Position numbers and translations under genes: made by a program. DNA of 64,000 bases from a virus: positions 1 to 64,000 of IMG/VR virus record IMGVR_UViG_3300042503_000838; one strand, 5' to 3'. Of this stretch, positions 1-10,258 are shown piece after piece. Every line of letters starts with the position of its first letter. Position 1 is the first letter of the stretch. The notes below the pieces were generated by a model, which was not told the DNA's origin, searched no databases, and saw only the letters and a list, made by a program, of their open reading frames with translations.

Positions 1-131
1 TCCAGAGAACAAAGCTATTCGCTGTGATGTTTCAGCAGGTATATTTGCGGAAACAAACAACTTGCCAGTGCTGATATTTGTGCCTCCAATAAGCAGCGCA
101 CCGGCGCTAGTCAGCCTCATCCGCTCCGTCG
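1..131. repeat. Direct repeat copy 1 (copy 2 at 41263-41393), inside tail-fibre coding sequence
   Basis: 129/131 identical to 41263-41393; mismatches at 105 (c/t) and 114 (g/a). It may extend left of the window. Confidence 0.95.
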
Positions 132-1755
132 TGGTGCTTGCTCCGTCGGCGGTAGTGGAGAACACTAATCTAGACGGAGTATCACCACTTCCGCTTGCTG
201 CATCTGCAACAGCAGTAATCGTGGCTCGTGCATCAGCTAAGCCATCGCCAAACCAGATGGTCCCCAAATCAGTGTCAACTGCCGTGGCATTGCTACCACG
301 CTTAATTTGAATAACGCCTACTCCTGTTGGAGTACCTGGAAAGCCTGCAACAGTTAACAATGAGTTGGCAGCGCTCGAAGACGTGCCAACTAAGAGCCTG
401 CCGGAGCTATCAATCCGCATAGCCTCCACGCCGCCTTCAGTAAACGCAAGCGTGTCAGCTGTGGGACTGTAGATGCCGGTGTTGGGGTCGCCAGTAAAGC
501 TGTAGGTCGGGGCTGCGGCACTGCCAAGGCTTACGGCCTCAATCTGGCCACTGGCATCGATACGCAGTCGCTCCGTCGTGTTAGTGGCAAAAGAAAGTTG
601 ATTTGCTGCGCTGAGGTAGAGCCCGTTCGCGGGAACCGTGCTGCTGGTAGGAATGAAGCTGGCGGCGGTGCTAGTGCCAGTGGACGTGACGTTCTGGCTA
701 CCGAAGTTTGGGCTGATTTTGGTGCCGGCAATGGCGGCCGATGCGTTTACGTCGCCGTTAACGATGGTGCCGTCAGCAATTTTATTGCTGGTGACAGCTC
801 CAGCATCAATAGTCCAAACCGTACCAGAACCGCTAACAGTAATATCACCGTAATCGGCGTCTCCAATACCAGCAGCTACAGACGTATCTACGTAAAGTTT
901 GGTAGCAGCATCAGTGTTTGCTGTAGGTGTACCAAGCCCAGTAATTTTATTGGAGCCCATGTCTAGGGCACCGCTCATCGTGTCGCCAGTAACGTTTATA
1001 TAGCGAGCATCGTAACGAGCGTCAGAAGCGCTAGTTGTAAAGAAACTGGTGTCATCAGGGGTGCTAATACTTTGCTGTGCGTTAGTGACAACAGTAGCTG
1101 CGTTTAACTTAGCGCTAGTAATTACACCGTCAGCAATCTTGGCTGTAGTAACAGCAGAGTCAACTAGCTTTGCAGTTGAAATACTGGCGTTAGTAACACC
1201 GACAGTAATTTGACCGCTACTGGGGCTGTTGTCGGTAACAGTAATTGAATCTCCAGCAACAACATCAGTTGTTAAAGCTGTATCAATTTTGGAGTCAACC
1301 CGAGCATCAATAGCTCCAGTAGTGGCTGCTTGAGAATTATTAGAAACCCAAGTTTCATTGCTACCAATAAAACCACCAAGAGCACTAAGATCACCAGTGC
1401 CGCTAGTAAGAGCACCATAAGTGTCAGAAAACTCTTGAAGACCGTAACGAATTTGATTATCAGCGTTGTTAAGGTCTTGGGCTGTCAGCGTAGAACCAGC
1501 TGTGTAAACCACAGTGGCATCACTAATATCAGTAACCCTAGAAATAATGATGCTTGCGTTTGTAACTGGAGTTGCAAGAACAATAGAAGTTCCAGCGGTG
1601 TTAAAGGTATATTGAGTGCTTTGAGTAAGGACAACACCGTTAACAGTTACTGAAATATCAGACTGACGAAGATACGGAATTGGATCTCCTTCGCTATTAG
1701 TAAGAGCAAAGGTAGTACCAGAAGCACTGGTGTAGGTAATCGATGCGTAAGCCAT
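1..1755 (-). CDS. gp17: Tail fibre (T7 gp17-like N-terminus), runs off the window's left edge
   Basis: Not in the ORF track (no stop in window). ATG at 1755 overlaps the gp16 stop (TAATG). Hand translation MAYASITYTSASGTTFALT...YLRQSDISVTVNG...AGSTLTAQDLNNADNQIRYGLQE fits the gp17 attachment domain; later SGRLLVGTS and RLVFSTTADGA..TERMR fibre motifs. Directly follows the gp16-like gene. Confidence 0.9.
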   Translation of the reverse strand, partial: MAYASITYTSASGTTFALTNSEGDPIPYLRQSDISVTVNGVVLTQSTQYTFNTAGTSIVLATPVTNASIIISRVTDISDATVVYTAGSTLTAQDLNNADNQIRYGLQEFSDTYGALTSGTGDLSALGGFIGSNETWVSNNSQAATTGAIDARVDSKIDTALTTDVVAGDSITVTDNSPSSGQITVGVTNASISTAKLVDSAVTTAKIADGVITSAKLNAATVVTNAQQSISTPDDTSFFTTSASDARYDARYINVTGDTMSGALDMGSNKITGLGTPTANTDAATKLYVDTSVAAGIGDADYGDITVSGSGTVWTIDAGAVTSNKIADGTIVNGDVNASAAIAGTKISPNFGSQNVTSTGTSTAASFIPTSSTVPANGLYLSAANQLSFATNTTERLRIDASGQIEAVSLGSAAAPTYSFTGDPNTGIYSPTADTLAFTEGGVEAMRIDSSGRLLVGTSSSAANSLLTVAGFPGTPTGVGVIQIKRGSNATAVDTDLGTIWFGDGLADARATITAVADAASGSGDTPSRLVFSTTADGASTTTERMRLTSAGALLIGGTNISTGKLFVSANIPAETSQRIALFSG

Positions 1756-4700
1756 TACTGAGGACCTCCGGTCATGCGGTTGGTGAGAATCATTTGTTTC
1801 ATTTCAGGTGGCGCTTTGTAGCGTTGACCAGGAAGGTCACCCATTAAAAATTGCTCCTTAGCAATACCTATAAGTTTATCCACTTCGTTCTTAAGAATTA
1901 CACGACGCATATTATCTTCTCGATTCCAATTAGCATCTTGAACCAAACCAAACGGTCCCATTTTAAAAGGACTGTCTACACCTGGATACTGTGTGTACTC
2001 TTTACTAGTTACTAGACGCTTAAGATACCCATAAACACCTTTTTGTGTTTTTTGAGTGTTGGGATCAAAGAACGTGAACTCACTATTCAAAAAGTGATTG
2101 AAATCGTTTAGGACTACATCGTTAATACCAACTCCATCACTATGGAACAGGGTTTTACGTGGCGGTGAGATCAGGTTGTATACCATTTCCTTAGCCACAG
2201 GATCCTCAAGCTTGTCAGGGAACACCCAGTAACGACCTAGGACAGCCTGCAATGGGTACCAAACACCAGCGTGGTTAGCTTTAACCGTTTCACCTGAAGG
2301 ACCGTACCAGAGGGCTTTACGAGACCTTGTACGTATTTCGGGATCTTTCCGCAACACAGATATTAAAGCGTCTGCAATAACACCTACAGGGCTGTACTCA
2401 GTGGCAATACCAAAAGTACCAAAAGCAGTGTCAGCAACGCTGTTAATAAAGTCAGCAGGAGTTACACCTTTTTCACCAAGTTTTCCACGGCTATAAAACT
2501 TTGTCAGAGCAGACTGGCTTACAGGTGTAGCTGGTTTACGAGGATCAATGCCTTGGATAAGGACTTTGCGTAGGTTGAGATAAGGATCACCAGCTTTTGC
2601 TACTGAATCAGAAATCATTTTTTGCAACCTACTTACATCACCAGAAGTAGCTGTTTTAAGTGCAGCGATGAGTTTGTCAAAACCAGCAATTGAAGGAGTA
2701 TCAAGAATAGTGTTAGCTAGAGCAGCAGCAGCAATAGCTACAAGTCCAGAAGTATCACGCCCAGGAGCAAACTCTTGAAGGTCTCGAATAGTGGCGTGGA
2801 AAGCCAAAGTGTTACCAAGTACTGGCAAGTAGCGATAAGGCAAAGTCTTACCACCAATACGCCAGGTGTAAGTATCTACAGCTCCCTCCGCTTCACGGTA
2901 GGAGTTCTCAAGACCACCAGTGATATCTTGATTTCCATCACGAGTCAAGAAGAAAGCCAGAGAGTTGATGCCAATAGAAAGTGCAAGAGCACCTTGAGCA
3001 AGTGAACGTTGTTTGGGATCACTGCTTAGATACTTACTTTCAAAATCAATAACTTGTTGACGGGTTTCAGGAGGCAGAAGTTTTGTGACTTCTTCTGGGA
3101 GGTTTTTAACAATTGTTGAAGCAGTAGCTCGTACAACGTCAGAAGAGGCTTGCACCACTTCACCGCCATATGCAATCATCACAGCACGTTTAATGCCGTT
3201 AACCGGAGAGGTAATGATTGGGAAAATGTCCCTAGCAAAGAACGCAAGGGGAGTGTACTTACTTTGACGCCAAGAGTTAATAGATTCTGTAATGTCACTC
3301 AGCGGACCTGTAAGCTCTTCTGTAAGGTTTACAGCACGGGTAAGTTCAAGCATTTGGTTATCAAGAACTGAGTAACCAATAGTCTTTTGATCAAACCCTA
3401 CCTTTACTGGTTTGTACATATTAGAAGCTTCTTTGTTCAACTTGTCTGCAAGAACAGTTGCACGATCTTCAGCCTTGACAAGTCCTGCCGCAATCTGTTC
3501 ATCAACCTCACTAGTAATTCGAGCCCTCATACCAGCGTTAGCAAATAGCGCTGTAGAAAACTCGTCAGCAACTGCAGAGAGTTGGTTAAAAACAGTAAGG
3601 TTTACATCCTCACCGCTTGGGTAATAACTCTTCTTACCTAGGCCCATACCACGCAAAGCAGTAGTGGGTAAGCCAATTCTTTTACCAATAAGGCTTCGCT
3701 TACTCCAAGCTTCAGCAGGCATAAAGTAATCGTGGAAAACTTTAGTCATCACACGACTTTTGTTTAAGAGATCAAAGAGCTTTTCGTTCTCTGCGCTCTT
3801 TTCCATTACATAGTCAAAGAAAGGAGTTTTAAGTTTGGTTGCGCTCAAATCTTGAGCAATGGCCTCCTCCCTACGCAGACTAGATTTGCTTGAAATTTCG
3901 TAAGCAGAATCAGCTGCTGCCTTTGGATCAGTAATAGAACGACCATAAACAAAACGGTTATACGTGGCGTCTAGGGCCTCTCCAATGACGTTACGCAGCT
4001 GTAAAAGAGTTTCAGTAGCAGCTCGGGCCTCTCTAAGGCTTTCAGCAGCCAAAGGAGTTTTACCAAGAAATTTAGCTGTAGTACCAGTAATAGTTTGCCC
4101 AACAGCCATACCCATTAGTTGAGCTGCTGTTTCAGGAATTCCTTGAATAGGAATTGAAGCAATCATTGCTGGGTTAGACAGCGGAGAGCCGACTTGAAGA
4201 CGAGCTAGAACTGCATCACCAGTAACCTCAAGCTCTTTAAGCTTTTCAAAATCACCTTGGCTTTGATAAACCTTTTCAACCAAAGCTTCAAAACCCTCTA
4301 GTTCTTCATCGGTGAGATCTTCACCAGCTTTCACCTTTTTAAAGAACTGACCAATACCTTGATCAAGCTCTTCTTTGGCTGATTTAGCTGCATCAGAAAG
4401 GCTGTCAGCAAACTCGCTACTATCACCAAAAGATGCAAGCTGCTCGTTAAAAGCACTGAAAAGCTCTTCAGGGCTACGAGAGGAGAACCCAAGACGGTTA
4501 CGACGGTCAAAGAGCCTGAGAGCGTTACCAACGCCATAGAACAACTCATTAACAGCTTTTACGTTTGACATCAGAACTTGATAACTCTCAGCTGCGTTGA
4601 CAAGAGCTACGGTGCGATCAAGTCCTTCAACTTCTTCACCTTGAAGAACCCTCCTAAGGTCCCTAGCATCCCTAAGAGCTGCTACAGCACTGTCGTCCAA

Positions 4701-7433
4701 CATTGAAGTTGGGACCATAATTTTGTTTAGGTTTTGCTGAATGTTTTTGCCAAACTTTTCAGATTCAGCAAAAGCAGCAATTTTACGCATAGTGGTTTCA
4801 CCACCAAGAAGTGTTGCCATCTTTCTAATAGCAATGCCGTATTGCTGAGGAAGGATAGCTTTGCGATTATCAAGAGCATCTACAGCTGCTTTAACTGCTG
4901 CTGCGTTTTCAAGAGAGTTTGTGTATTTAACAGCGTTAGTGCTGTAGATCTTTGTGGCATCCTCGGCTAGGTCAGTACCGTTACGCAGATCTTCAGCTAC
5001 CAATTCACCTTGCTTGGTAATAATCTCGTTTACGTTTTTAACAAAATCACTGATTGTTTCTTTTGTCTCAGTTGGGTCTAAATTGCGACCAAGGTCACGG
5101 TTAACTTCTTTAACAACATCAGCAACAGACCCGTTAACCTCGTCTAGTTGAGGTGCCTGTTGAAACTCACGTTCAGCAAGAGCATCAGAATCAATGGCTA
5201 GCTCACCGTTGTCAGTCTTGGTGATCGGCACTGGATTAGTTACAGGTGCAGGATCCCTAGGAAGACCGAGCTGATCATCGATAGGCTCAGCAGCTTCAGT
5301 AGTCAGAGGTACCTCATCGCCAATATCAGTGCCACCAGGCATCTCAGGAGTAACAGGAGCTAGGCCGCCGTTATCGATAACTTTGTTATGAATCGCATCT
5401 GCTTGTTGAACAAACATCCGCATAAAATCATCATTCAAGTTACCGCTAGCTACAGCAGCCTCAGCAGCATTTAGGAGGTCTTTAAGTTCTCCGTAAGCTT
5501 CACCGTAAGCATCTTTAAAGCTGTAGTCGTAATCAATCTCATCTAGACGGTTCTCAGCAAACAATTGGCTGTTACGGCTTTCAAGCAACTGAACACGCTC
5601 TGCGTTTAGCTCATCCAAAGCGTTAACCAAAATACGAGCATCGTTAAGACTGTTACGGAACCCCACAGAGGCCGTCATCGTATCAACAGTCAAACGCTCT
5701 AGTTCGCTTTCCTTTGTAAGACGCTGCAGATTAGCGTTATCAAACTCAGACTTTTGAAGATACAGATCTTCTAGCAGCTTGATACGTTCTGCAGCTTCGT
5801 TTGCAAGACGCAGTTTGGAACTGTTCTTACTGGCCTTTTTACCAGTACCAGTGCTTTTAGCTAGCCAATCAGGGTCTTTTGCAATGGCCTCTTCATAAGC
5901 AGCCAAACGCTCCTGAATCATTGCGCTTTTGCTAGTCAACTCTTCAGGAGATTTAACTCCAAGAGTTTTCTGCATTACAGCAATATCAGCATCTACCTGT
6001 TGCAGTTGTGGTGTCAGGTCAGGAGCACCTTGAAGGTCTGCAATAAGGTTCTCAGTTTCAGGTACAAGCTGCTGTCGCTTAGTAATAAACGATTCAGCAC
6101 CAGCGCGACCAGCTTTAGCAATCTCAGCTGCGTTTTCTTCAATCTTTCTGTAAAGCTGAGTGTTGATGTTACCTAGACGCTGCTCACGAACCTCGTTTGC
6201 TTTAGTAAGGCCCTCGGCTTCAAGGTCTTGACGCAGCATAGGCTCTGCTTCCTGTGAAGCTTCTTGGAAGGCTTTACCAGCTGGAGTGCCTGACGTAGCT
6301 TTGCTTAGAGCCCTGTTAGCGGCCCAGTAAGCCCCTCGCAACACACCAAGGGCAGCAGCACCACCCACTACGTTTTTAAGCTGCTCAAAGGCGTAGTTAA
6401 ATTCAGTAGTGCTGGTAGCCCGAAGCACCTTGGCTTCAGCTATGCGCATTTCAGGTGTTTTAAGTTTTTGAATATCCTCAAACTTTTTCTGCATTGCTGC
6501 AGGAGCTTGAGGCATAAAGAACATTGCGTCCTGAATGGCGTTTGGAATTACATCTTTAACAAGAAACCGAGCCATTACTTCAGTACCTTGTTTAATGTCT
6601 TTAGCGTCCCAAATATCACTCAATTTGGCTGCTGTTTTAGCAGTCATTGAAGGAGCTTTAAGCAGCTTGCTTACGCCTTTATCGCCACCTACAGCAGCAA
6701 ACACACCAGCAGCTAGTTCACCACCCCAAGTTTTAGGTTTGATGTTTTGACGTACAAAGTCGCTATCTTCGCTGAACAGGGGGCCCAAGACGGGCACGTT
6801 AGGTCTGATACCGTAGCTAAACCCCTCAGGGTCCTTACCACTCTTTTGGATGGCCTCAATGGCTGCTGAGGCGTTCTTTTGGCGCTGCTCAAACAGCTTT
6901 GGATCTTCGATTTGAGTACCAACAGAACCAGCCCCCATAGGGCCACCAGCAAGGGCTCCACCAAGATCTATGCCTTGAGTCAGGGCTCCTAGTTGTTGGG
7001 CAGCAGCAATAGGGTCATTAACAAGCTTTCTAGCGCCTTGTTGTACAACACGACCAGCCTCTTCGCCAAACGTAGTTTTAGTGCCAGGAATTGGAGTTTT
7101 ACCAACGCCTTGAGCAGCTTTAAACATTTGAACTGCTGGAGCCAGAGGACCAGCAAGAACTGAAGTAGCAGCACCCTCTACAAAACGTTTACCAGCACCT
7201 ACAGCTTGATCTCGGATAAAAGCACCAAGATCAAATCCGCGTTGTTGAGGTTTGGGCTGAGCTTTAGCAGAAGGTTTAGCTGTTGGTTTTGCTTGAGGTT
7301 TAGCTGCAGCAACGGTTTCCGAAGGAGCAGAGCCTTGGCTAGCACCTCCCCACTCCTGTTGGTAACGTTGCTCAGCTTGTTCAGGGTTTGCTACAAAAAG
7401 AGATTGGCCGTTACGAAGAGGAATGTAAGGCAT
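1755..7433 (-). CDS. Large internal virion (ejection) protein, T7 gp16-like
   Basis: 1892 aa, helical and Ala-rich; lies between the gp15-like gene and the tail fibre as in T7 gene order. Confidence 0.8.
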   Translation of the reverse strand: MPYIPLRNGQSLFVANPEQAEQRYQQEWGGASQGSAPSETVAAAKPQAKPTAKPSAKAQPKPQQRGFDLGAFIRDQAVGAGKRFVEGAATSVLAGPLAPAVQMFKAAQGVGKTPIPGTKTTFGEEAGRVVQQGARKLVNDPIAAAQQLGALTQGIDLGGALAGGPMGAGSVGTQIEDPKLFEQRQKNASAAIEAIQKSGKDPEGFSYGIRPNVPVLGPLFSEDSDFVRQNIKPKTWGGELAAGVFAAVGGDKGVSKLLKAPSMTAKTAAKLSDIWDAKDIKQGTEVMARFLVKDVIPNAIQDAMFFMPQAPAAMQKKFEDIQKLKTPEMRIAEAKVLRATSTTEFNYAFEQLKNVVGGAAALGVLRGAYWAANRALSKATSGTPAGKAFQEASQEAEPMLRQDLEAEGLTKANEVREQRLGNINTQLYRKIEENAAEIAKAGRAGAESFITKRQQLVPETENLIADLQGAPDLTPQLQQVDADIAVMQKTLGVKSPEELTSKSAMIQERLAAYEEAIAKDPDWLAKSTGTGKKASKNSSKLRLANEAAERIKLLEDLYLQKSEFDNANLQRLTKESELERLTVDTMTASVGFRNSLNDARILVNALDELNAERVQLLESRNSQLFAENRLDEIDYDYSFKDAYGEAYGELKDLLNAAEAAVASGNLNDDFMRMFVQQADAIHNKVIDNGGLAPVTPEMPGGTDIGDEVPLTTEAAEPIDDQLGLPRDPAPVTNPVPITKTDNGELAIDSDALAEREFQQAPQLDEVNGSVADVVKEVNRDLGRNLDPTETKETISDFVKNVNEIITKQGELVAEDLRNGTDLAEDATKIYSTNAVKYTNSLENAAAVKAAVDALDNRKAILPQQYGIAIRKMATLLGGETTMRKIAAFAESEKFGKNIQQNLNKIMVPTSMLDDSAVAALRDARDLRRVLQGEEVEGLDRTVALVNAAESYQVLMSNVKAVNELFYGVGNALRLFDRRNRLGFSSRSPEELFSAFNEQLASFGDSSEFADSLSDAAKSAKEELDQGIGQFFKKVKAGEDLTDEELEGFEALVEKVYQSQGDFEKLKELEVTGDAVLARLQVGSPLSNPAMIASIPIQGIPETAAQLMGMAVGQTITGTTAKFLGKTPLAAESLREARAATETLLQLRNVIGEALDATYNRFVYGRSITDPKAAADSAYEISSKSSLRREEAIAQDLSATKLKTPFFDYVMEKSAENEKLFDLLNKSRVMTKVFHDYFMPAEAWSKRSLIGKRIGLPTTALRGMGLGKKSYYPSGEDVNLTVFNQLSAVADEFSTALFANAGMRARITSEVDEQIAAGLVKAEDRATVLADKLNKEASNMYKPVKVGFDQKTIGYSVLDNQMLELTRAVNLTEELTGPLSDITESINSWRQSKYTPLAFFARDIFPIITSPVNGIKRAVMIAYGGEVVQASSDVVRATASTIVKNLPEEVTKLLPPETRQQVIDFESKYLSSDPKQRSLAQGALALSIGINSLAFFLTRDGNQDITGGLENSYREAEGAVDTYTWRIGGKTLPYRYLPVLGNTLAFHATIRDLQEFAPGRDTSGLVAIAAAALANTILDTPSIAGFDKLIAALKTATSGDVSRLQKMISDSVAKAGDPYLNLRKVLIQGIDPRKPATPVSQSALTKFYSRGKLGEKGVTPADFINSVADTAFGTFGIATEYSPVGVIADALISVLRKDPEIRTRSRKALWYGPSGETVKANHAGVWYPLQAVLGRYWVFPDKLEDPVAKEMVYNLISPPRKTLFHSDGVGINDVVLNDFNHFLNSEFTFFDPNTQKTQKGVYGYLKRLVTSKEYTQYPGVDSPFKMGPFGLVQDANWNREDNMRRVILKNEVDKLIGIAKEQFLMGDLPGQRYKAPPEMKQMILTNRMTGGPQ

Positions 7434-7489
7434 TTAGAAACAAGTTATCTGCGCTTCCTCCAAACTAACGGATATAACTAGAAAACACA

Positions 7490-10258
7490 CTAACGACGAT
7501 TGGGGTCGCTTACGTTACGGAACAGTGGGTAAACAGATTTACGGAAGAAATCGTTTTGAGTTTCCTGTCCGTATTGTGCAGCCTTACCAGGAAAACCCTG
7601 TCCAGGACGGAAAAGCTGACTATGAAGGTGACCAGGAGTACCTTTACCAGTACCAGACCTGCCTGGGTTGCTATTCATTGGGCTTTGATCACCAGCAATC
7701 AAAATAGTTTGACCACGATTGATGCGTTGACCAGGGTTAACAGTAAGACGAGCAGCGTGCCCCAACAGCAGCCTGTCCCCTTTACGGTAACCAGGACCGT
7801 TTGTTTCAGCTTCAAGAACAACAGTGTTACCGTAGCCTTCAACAAAACCAGCGTGAATTACACGACCACTGAACGGAGCAGGCATAGGGTTAGCTGTTTG
7901 AGCCCTGTTGCCACGTTCAATCTGGAAGTCAACAGCTCGATTATTTGAGTGAGCGTGTTGAAAATTATAGACATACAGGAGAGTATCTTTAGGTGCAGCT
8001 CCAGTGCCAGCTACAGGGGCTTTAACTGCTGCTTGAAGCTTTTGAGCGTTCTGGCGGAACACAGGTGGTACCTGACCATCAAAGTAACGATCAGCTTGCT
8101 TCTGAACAATCTCAGCCACAGTCAATTTGTTCCCAAAGCCACGTTGAACGTTTGCAATACTGCGTCGGGTATTGGCACTAAGTGCAGCTGTGTTTCCAGT
8201 AGCTAGAGCGTTGTTGATTTCACTAAGCTCTTTTTCATTAAAAACAAAGTTGTTGCTTAGGTATTGTCGAGCAGCTTGAGGGTTATTAGCAAACGTACGT
8301 TGAGCTAGAGCAGACCAAGTAGCACGATTGTCAGCGTCGTTGACCGTAATACGCCAGCGGCCCTGAGCGTCTTTAGAAGAAACTCCAAGAATAGGACCAC
8401 GAGTATTTTTAGCTCCCAGTCGTGCAGGGTCAGAAATGTTGTAATAGCTATCGACATCGCTGTACTCAGGACGCTGGTAAAAATATCGCTTGGCATCCTC
8501 AAGAATCCGTAGCTGTACAGCTGGGTCTTTGATATTCTCTCCCCGAGCTTTTGCTTCATAGATCTTGTTGTTGATGTAACGGTTTCCTTCAACGTTCAGT
8601 CGCTGCTTTGCTTCAATAACAGCTTGATTAAGAAACGTTTTCTTCTGTTCGCCTACCTTGCCTTCTACCGCAATACCCTTTAGCTGAGAGTCAGCAGCCA
8701 TAAAAGAGCCCTTAAGACCGTCTGTAAGCTGTTTAAGAATATTGTTACGAGTTTGGTTTGTCTCAGGGTTAGCAGCCTCCCTGCGAACGTTACCAAACTT
8801 ATTAACAGCAAAAGCCATTACAGATGTTCCTTCAATTCGTGCAGCTAGGTCTGCAGGAATATCAGTGACACCTTGAGCAGCAAGATCCTCTACCTCTTCC
8901 TTAAGGCGAGCCTCCTGTTCAGGGCTGATGTCCCTATTACGGAACGGAAACGCTTTATCAACAAGATCATCAGCATCAGCTACAGACATACCCTCAGGCA
9001 ATAGCCCTTGAGCAGCTAGTTGGCGGTTACGGGCTTTAAGAGCTTCCCGTTGACCTGTAATTTGATCATCTGTTGGGTTTGGATTTTGAGCGTAGAACTG
9101 GTTTGTATCGTCGTTAAAATTACGCTTCCACTGACGCTGAGCACGTTGAATACCACGCTCAACAGAACCTTCAAATACTTCTTGAGCTTTGACAGCTTGA
9201 ATTGCACCGTTTTCAAGTGCTTGACGGAACGTTTCTCCTTTTGCGTTACGTAGATCAAGGATTGCTTGACCATCGGCAGTTTTAATACCTTGCCAAGCTT
9301 TTACGTAGTTAAGGTAGCTAAAGGTTTCTCCAAGATCGTTGTAACCATCTTTATTGGCATCAACAAAAAGATTAGGTGCTTCACGAAACAGGATGTCGTG
9401 AAAAGCTTTTTCAGAGTACCCACGGGTTACAACGTAATAGTTATATGCCTCGTTGTATCCGTTTTGCAGACTACGCTCACCAAATACTGTGCCAGCTTCA
9501 GTACCGTAAGCACCACGTACAAACTGAGCACCAAGGCGAATGTTACCAAGAAATTTATCTGAAGTTACACGTTGATCAGTAAGCTCTGCTCGTTCGTAAG
9601 TTTTGTTTGTTATGTCCTTTTTAACGTCCAACAGAACGTTACTGACAATTGGATCAATCTTTGCAGCTTTAAAAGCAGCTGGGATATCTGAGTAAGGCTT
9701 AAGCAGATCATCTACCTTTGCTGCAATTACAGCTGCACGTTCGGCTGGGTTATCAATCTCTGAAATACGTTCAGCTTGTTGTTTACCCCAAGAGGCCAAG
9801 CCAATACCAACTTCTTTACCAGCGTTAGATGCTTTGGTGTCGTAGTAAAAAAAGTTAACCCAAGGGTTACTAAGGCGGTTTTGCTTAGCTAGGTTTTCGT
9901 TACCAGTTTTTGAAATAATCCTTGTTTCGTTTGCATTTTCAAGAGAGTCCCGAATAGCAGAGGCCTCTTGTTGCAGCAGTCTTGTGGCTTCTTGACGCTT
10001 TTGCTCTTTGTAATCTTCAAACAAATCAGCAGACGCCTTACCAAACGCCCCTTCTTTACTAAGGAACTGCTGAATGCTTTGAATGCTCTCAGCTGCAGCT
10101 CTGTTGGGCTGGTAACTAGCCCCATACATCAATTGACCGCCAAGCTGTTGAGGCCTGTTTGCAGGCTCAGCTGGGCGTGCTGGAGTAGCTTCCTGCCTAG
10201 GACCGGCTACCAGATCACGAATTTGACGTTGAGGGCTAATACCAAAGCTGCTTGTCAT
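7490..10258 (-). CDS. Internal virion protein (gp15-like) with C-terminal M23 peptidase domain
   Basis: Synteny; C-terminus has H..AVDF, 'APFSGRVIHAG..GYGNTVV', 'GH...V..GQ.I.RGQ.I' and the HLH zinc motif of M23 peptidases. Confidence 0.8.
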   Translation of the reverse strand: MTSSFGISPQRQIRDLVAGPRQEATPARPAEPANRPQQLGGQLMYGASYQPNRAAAESIQSIQQFLSKEGAFGKASADLFEDYKEQKRQEATRLLQQEASAIRDSLENANETRIISKTGNENLAKQNRLSNPWVNFFYYDTKASNAGKEVGIGLASWGKQQAERISEIDNPAERAAVIAAKVDDLLKPYSDIPAAFKAAKIDPIVSNVLLDVKKDITNKTYERAELTDQRVTSDKFLGNIRLGAQFVRGAYGTEAGTVFGERSLQNGYNEAYNYYVVTRGYSEKAFHDILFREAPNLFVDANKDGYNDLGETFSYLNYVKAWQGIKTADGQAILDLRNAKGETFRQALENGAIQAVKAQEVFEGSVERGIQRAQRQWKRNFNDDTNQFYAQNPNPTDDQITGQREALKARNRQLAAQGLLPEGMSVADADDLVDKAFPFRNRDISPEQEARLKEEVEDLAAQGVTDIPADLAARIEGTSVMAFAVNKFGNVRREAANPETNQTRNNILKQLTDGLKGSFMAADSQLKGIAVEGKVGEQKKTFLNQAVIEAKQRLNVEGNRYINNKIYEAKARGENIKDPAVQLRILEDAKRYFYQRPEYSDVDSYYNISDPARLGAKNTRGPILGVSSKDAQGRWRITVNDADNRATWSALAQRTFANNPQAARQYLSNNFVFNEKELSEINNALATGNTAALSANTRRSIANVQRGFGNKLTVAEIVQKQADRYFDGQVPPVFRQNAQKLQAAVKAPVAGTGAAPKDTLLYVYNFQHAHSNNRAVDFQIERGNRAQTANPMPAPFSGRVIHAGFVEGYGNTVVLEAETNGPGYRKGDRLLLGHAARLTVNPGQRINRGQTILIAGDQSPMNSNPGRSGTGKGTPGHLHSQLFRPGQGFPGKAAQYGQETQNDFFRKSVYPLFRNVSDPNRR

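Noticed and set aside
1-131. Repeat pair as DGR template/variable repeats
   Set aside because: Only two mismatches, not adenine-specific on one strand (G/A and C/T on the coding strand), and no reverse transcriptase in the window.
1-131. Repeat pair as attL/attR of an integrase-driven prophage
   Set aside because: No integrase gene; the repeat is mid-fibre coding sequence rather than a tRNA or intergenic att core, and the flank is phage, not host.
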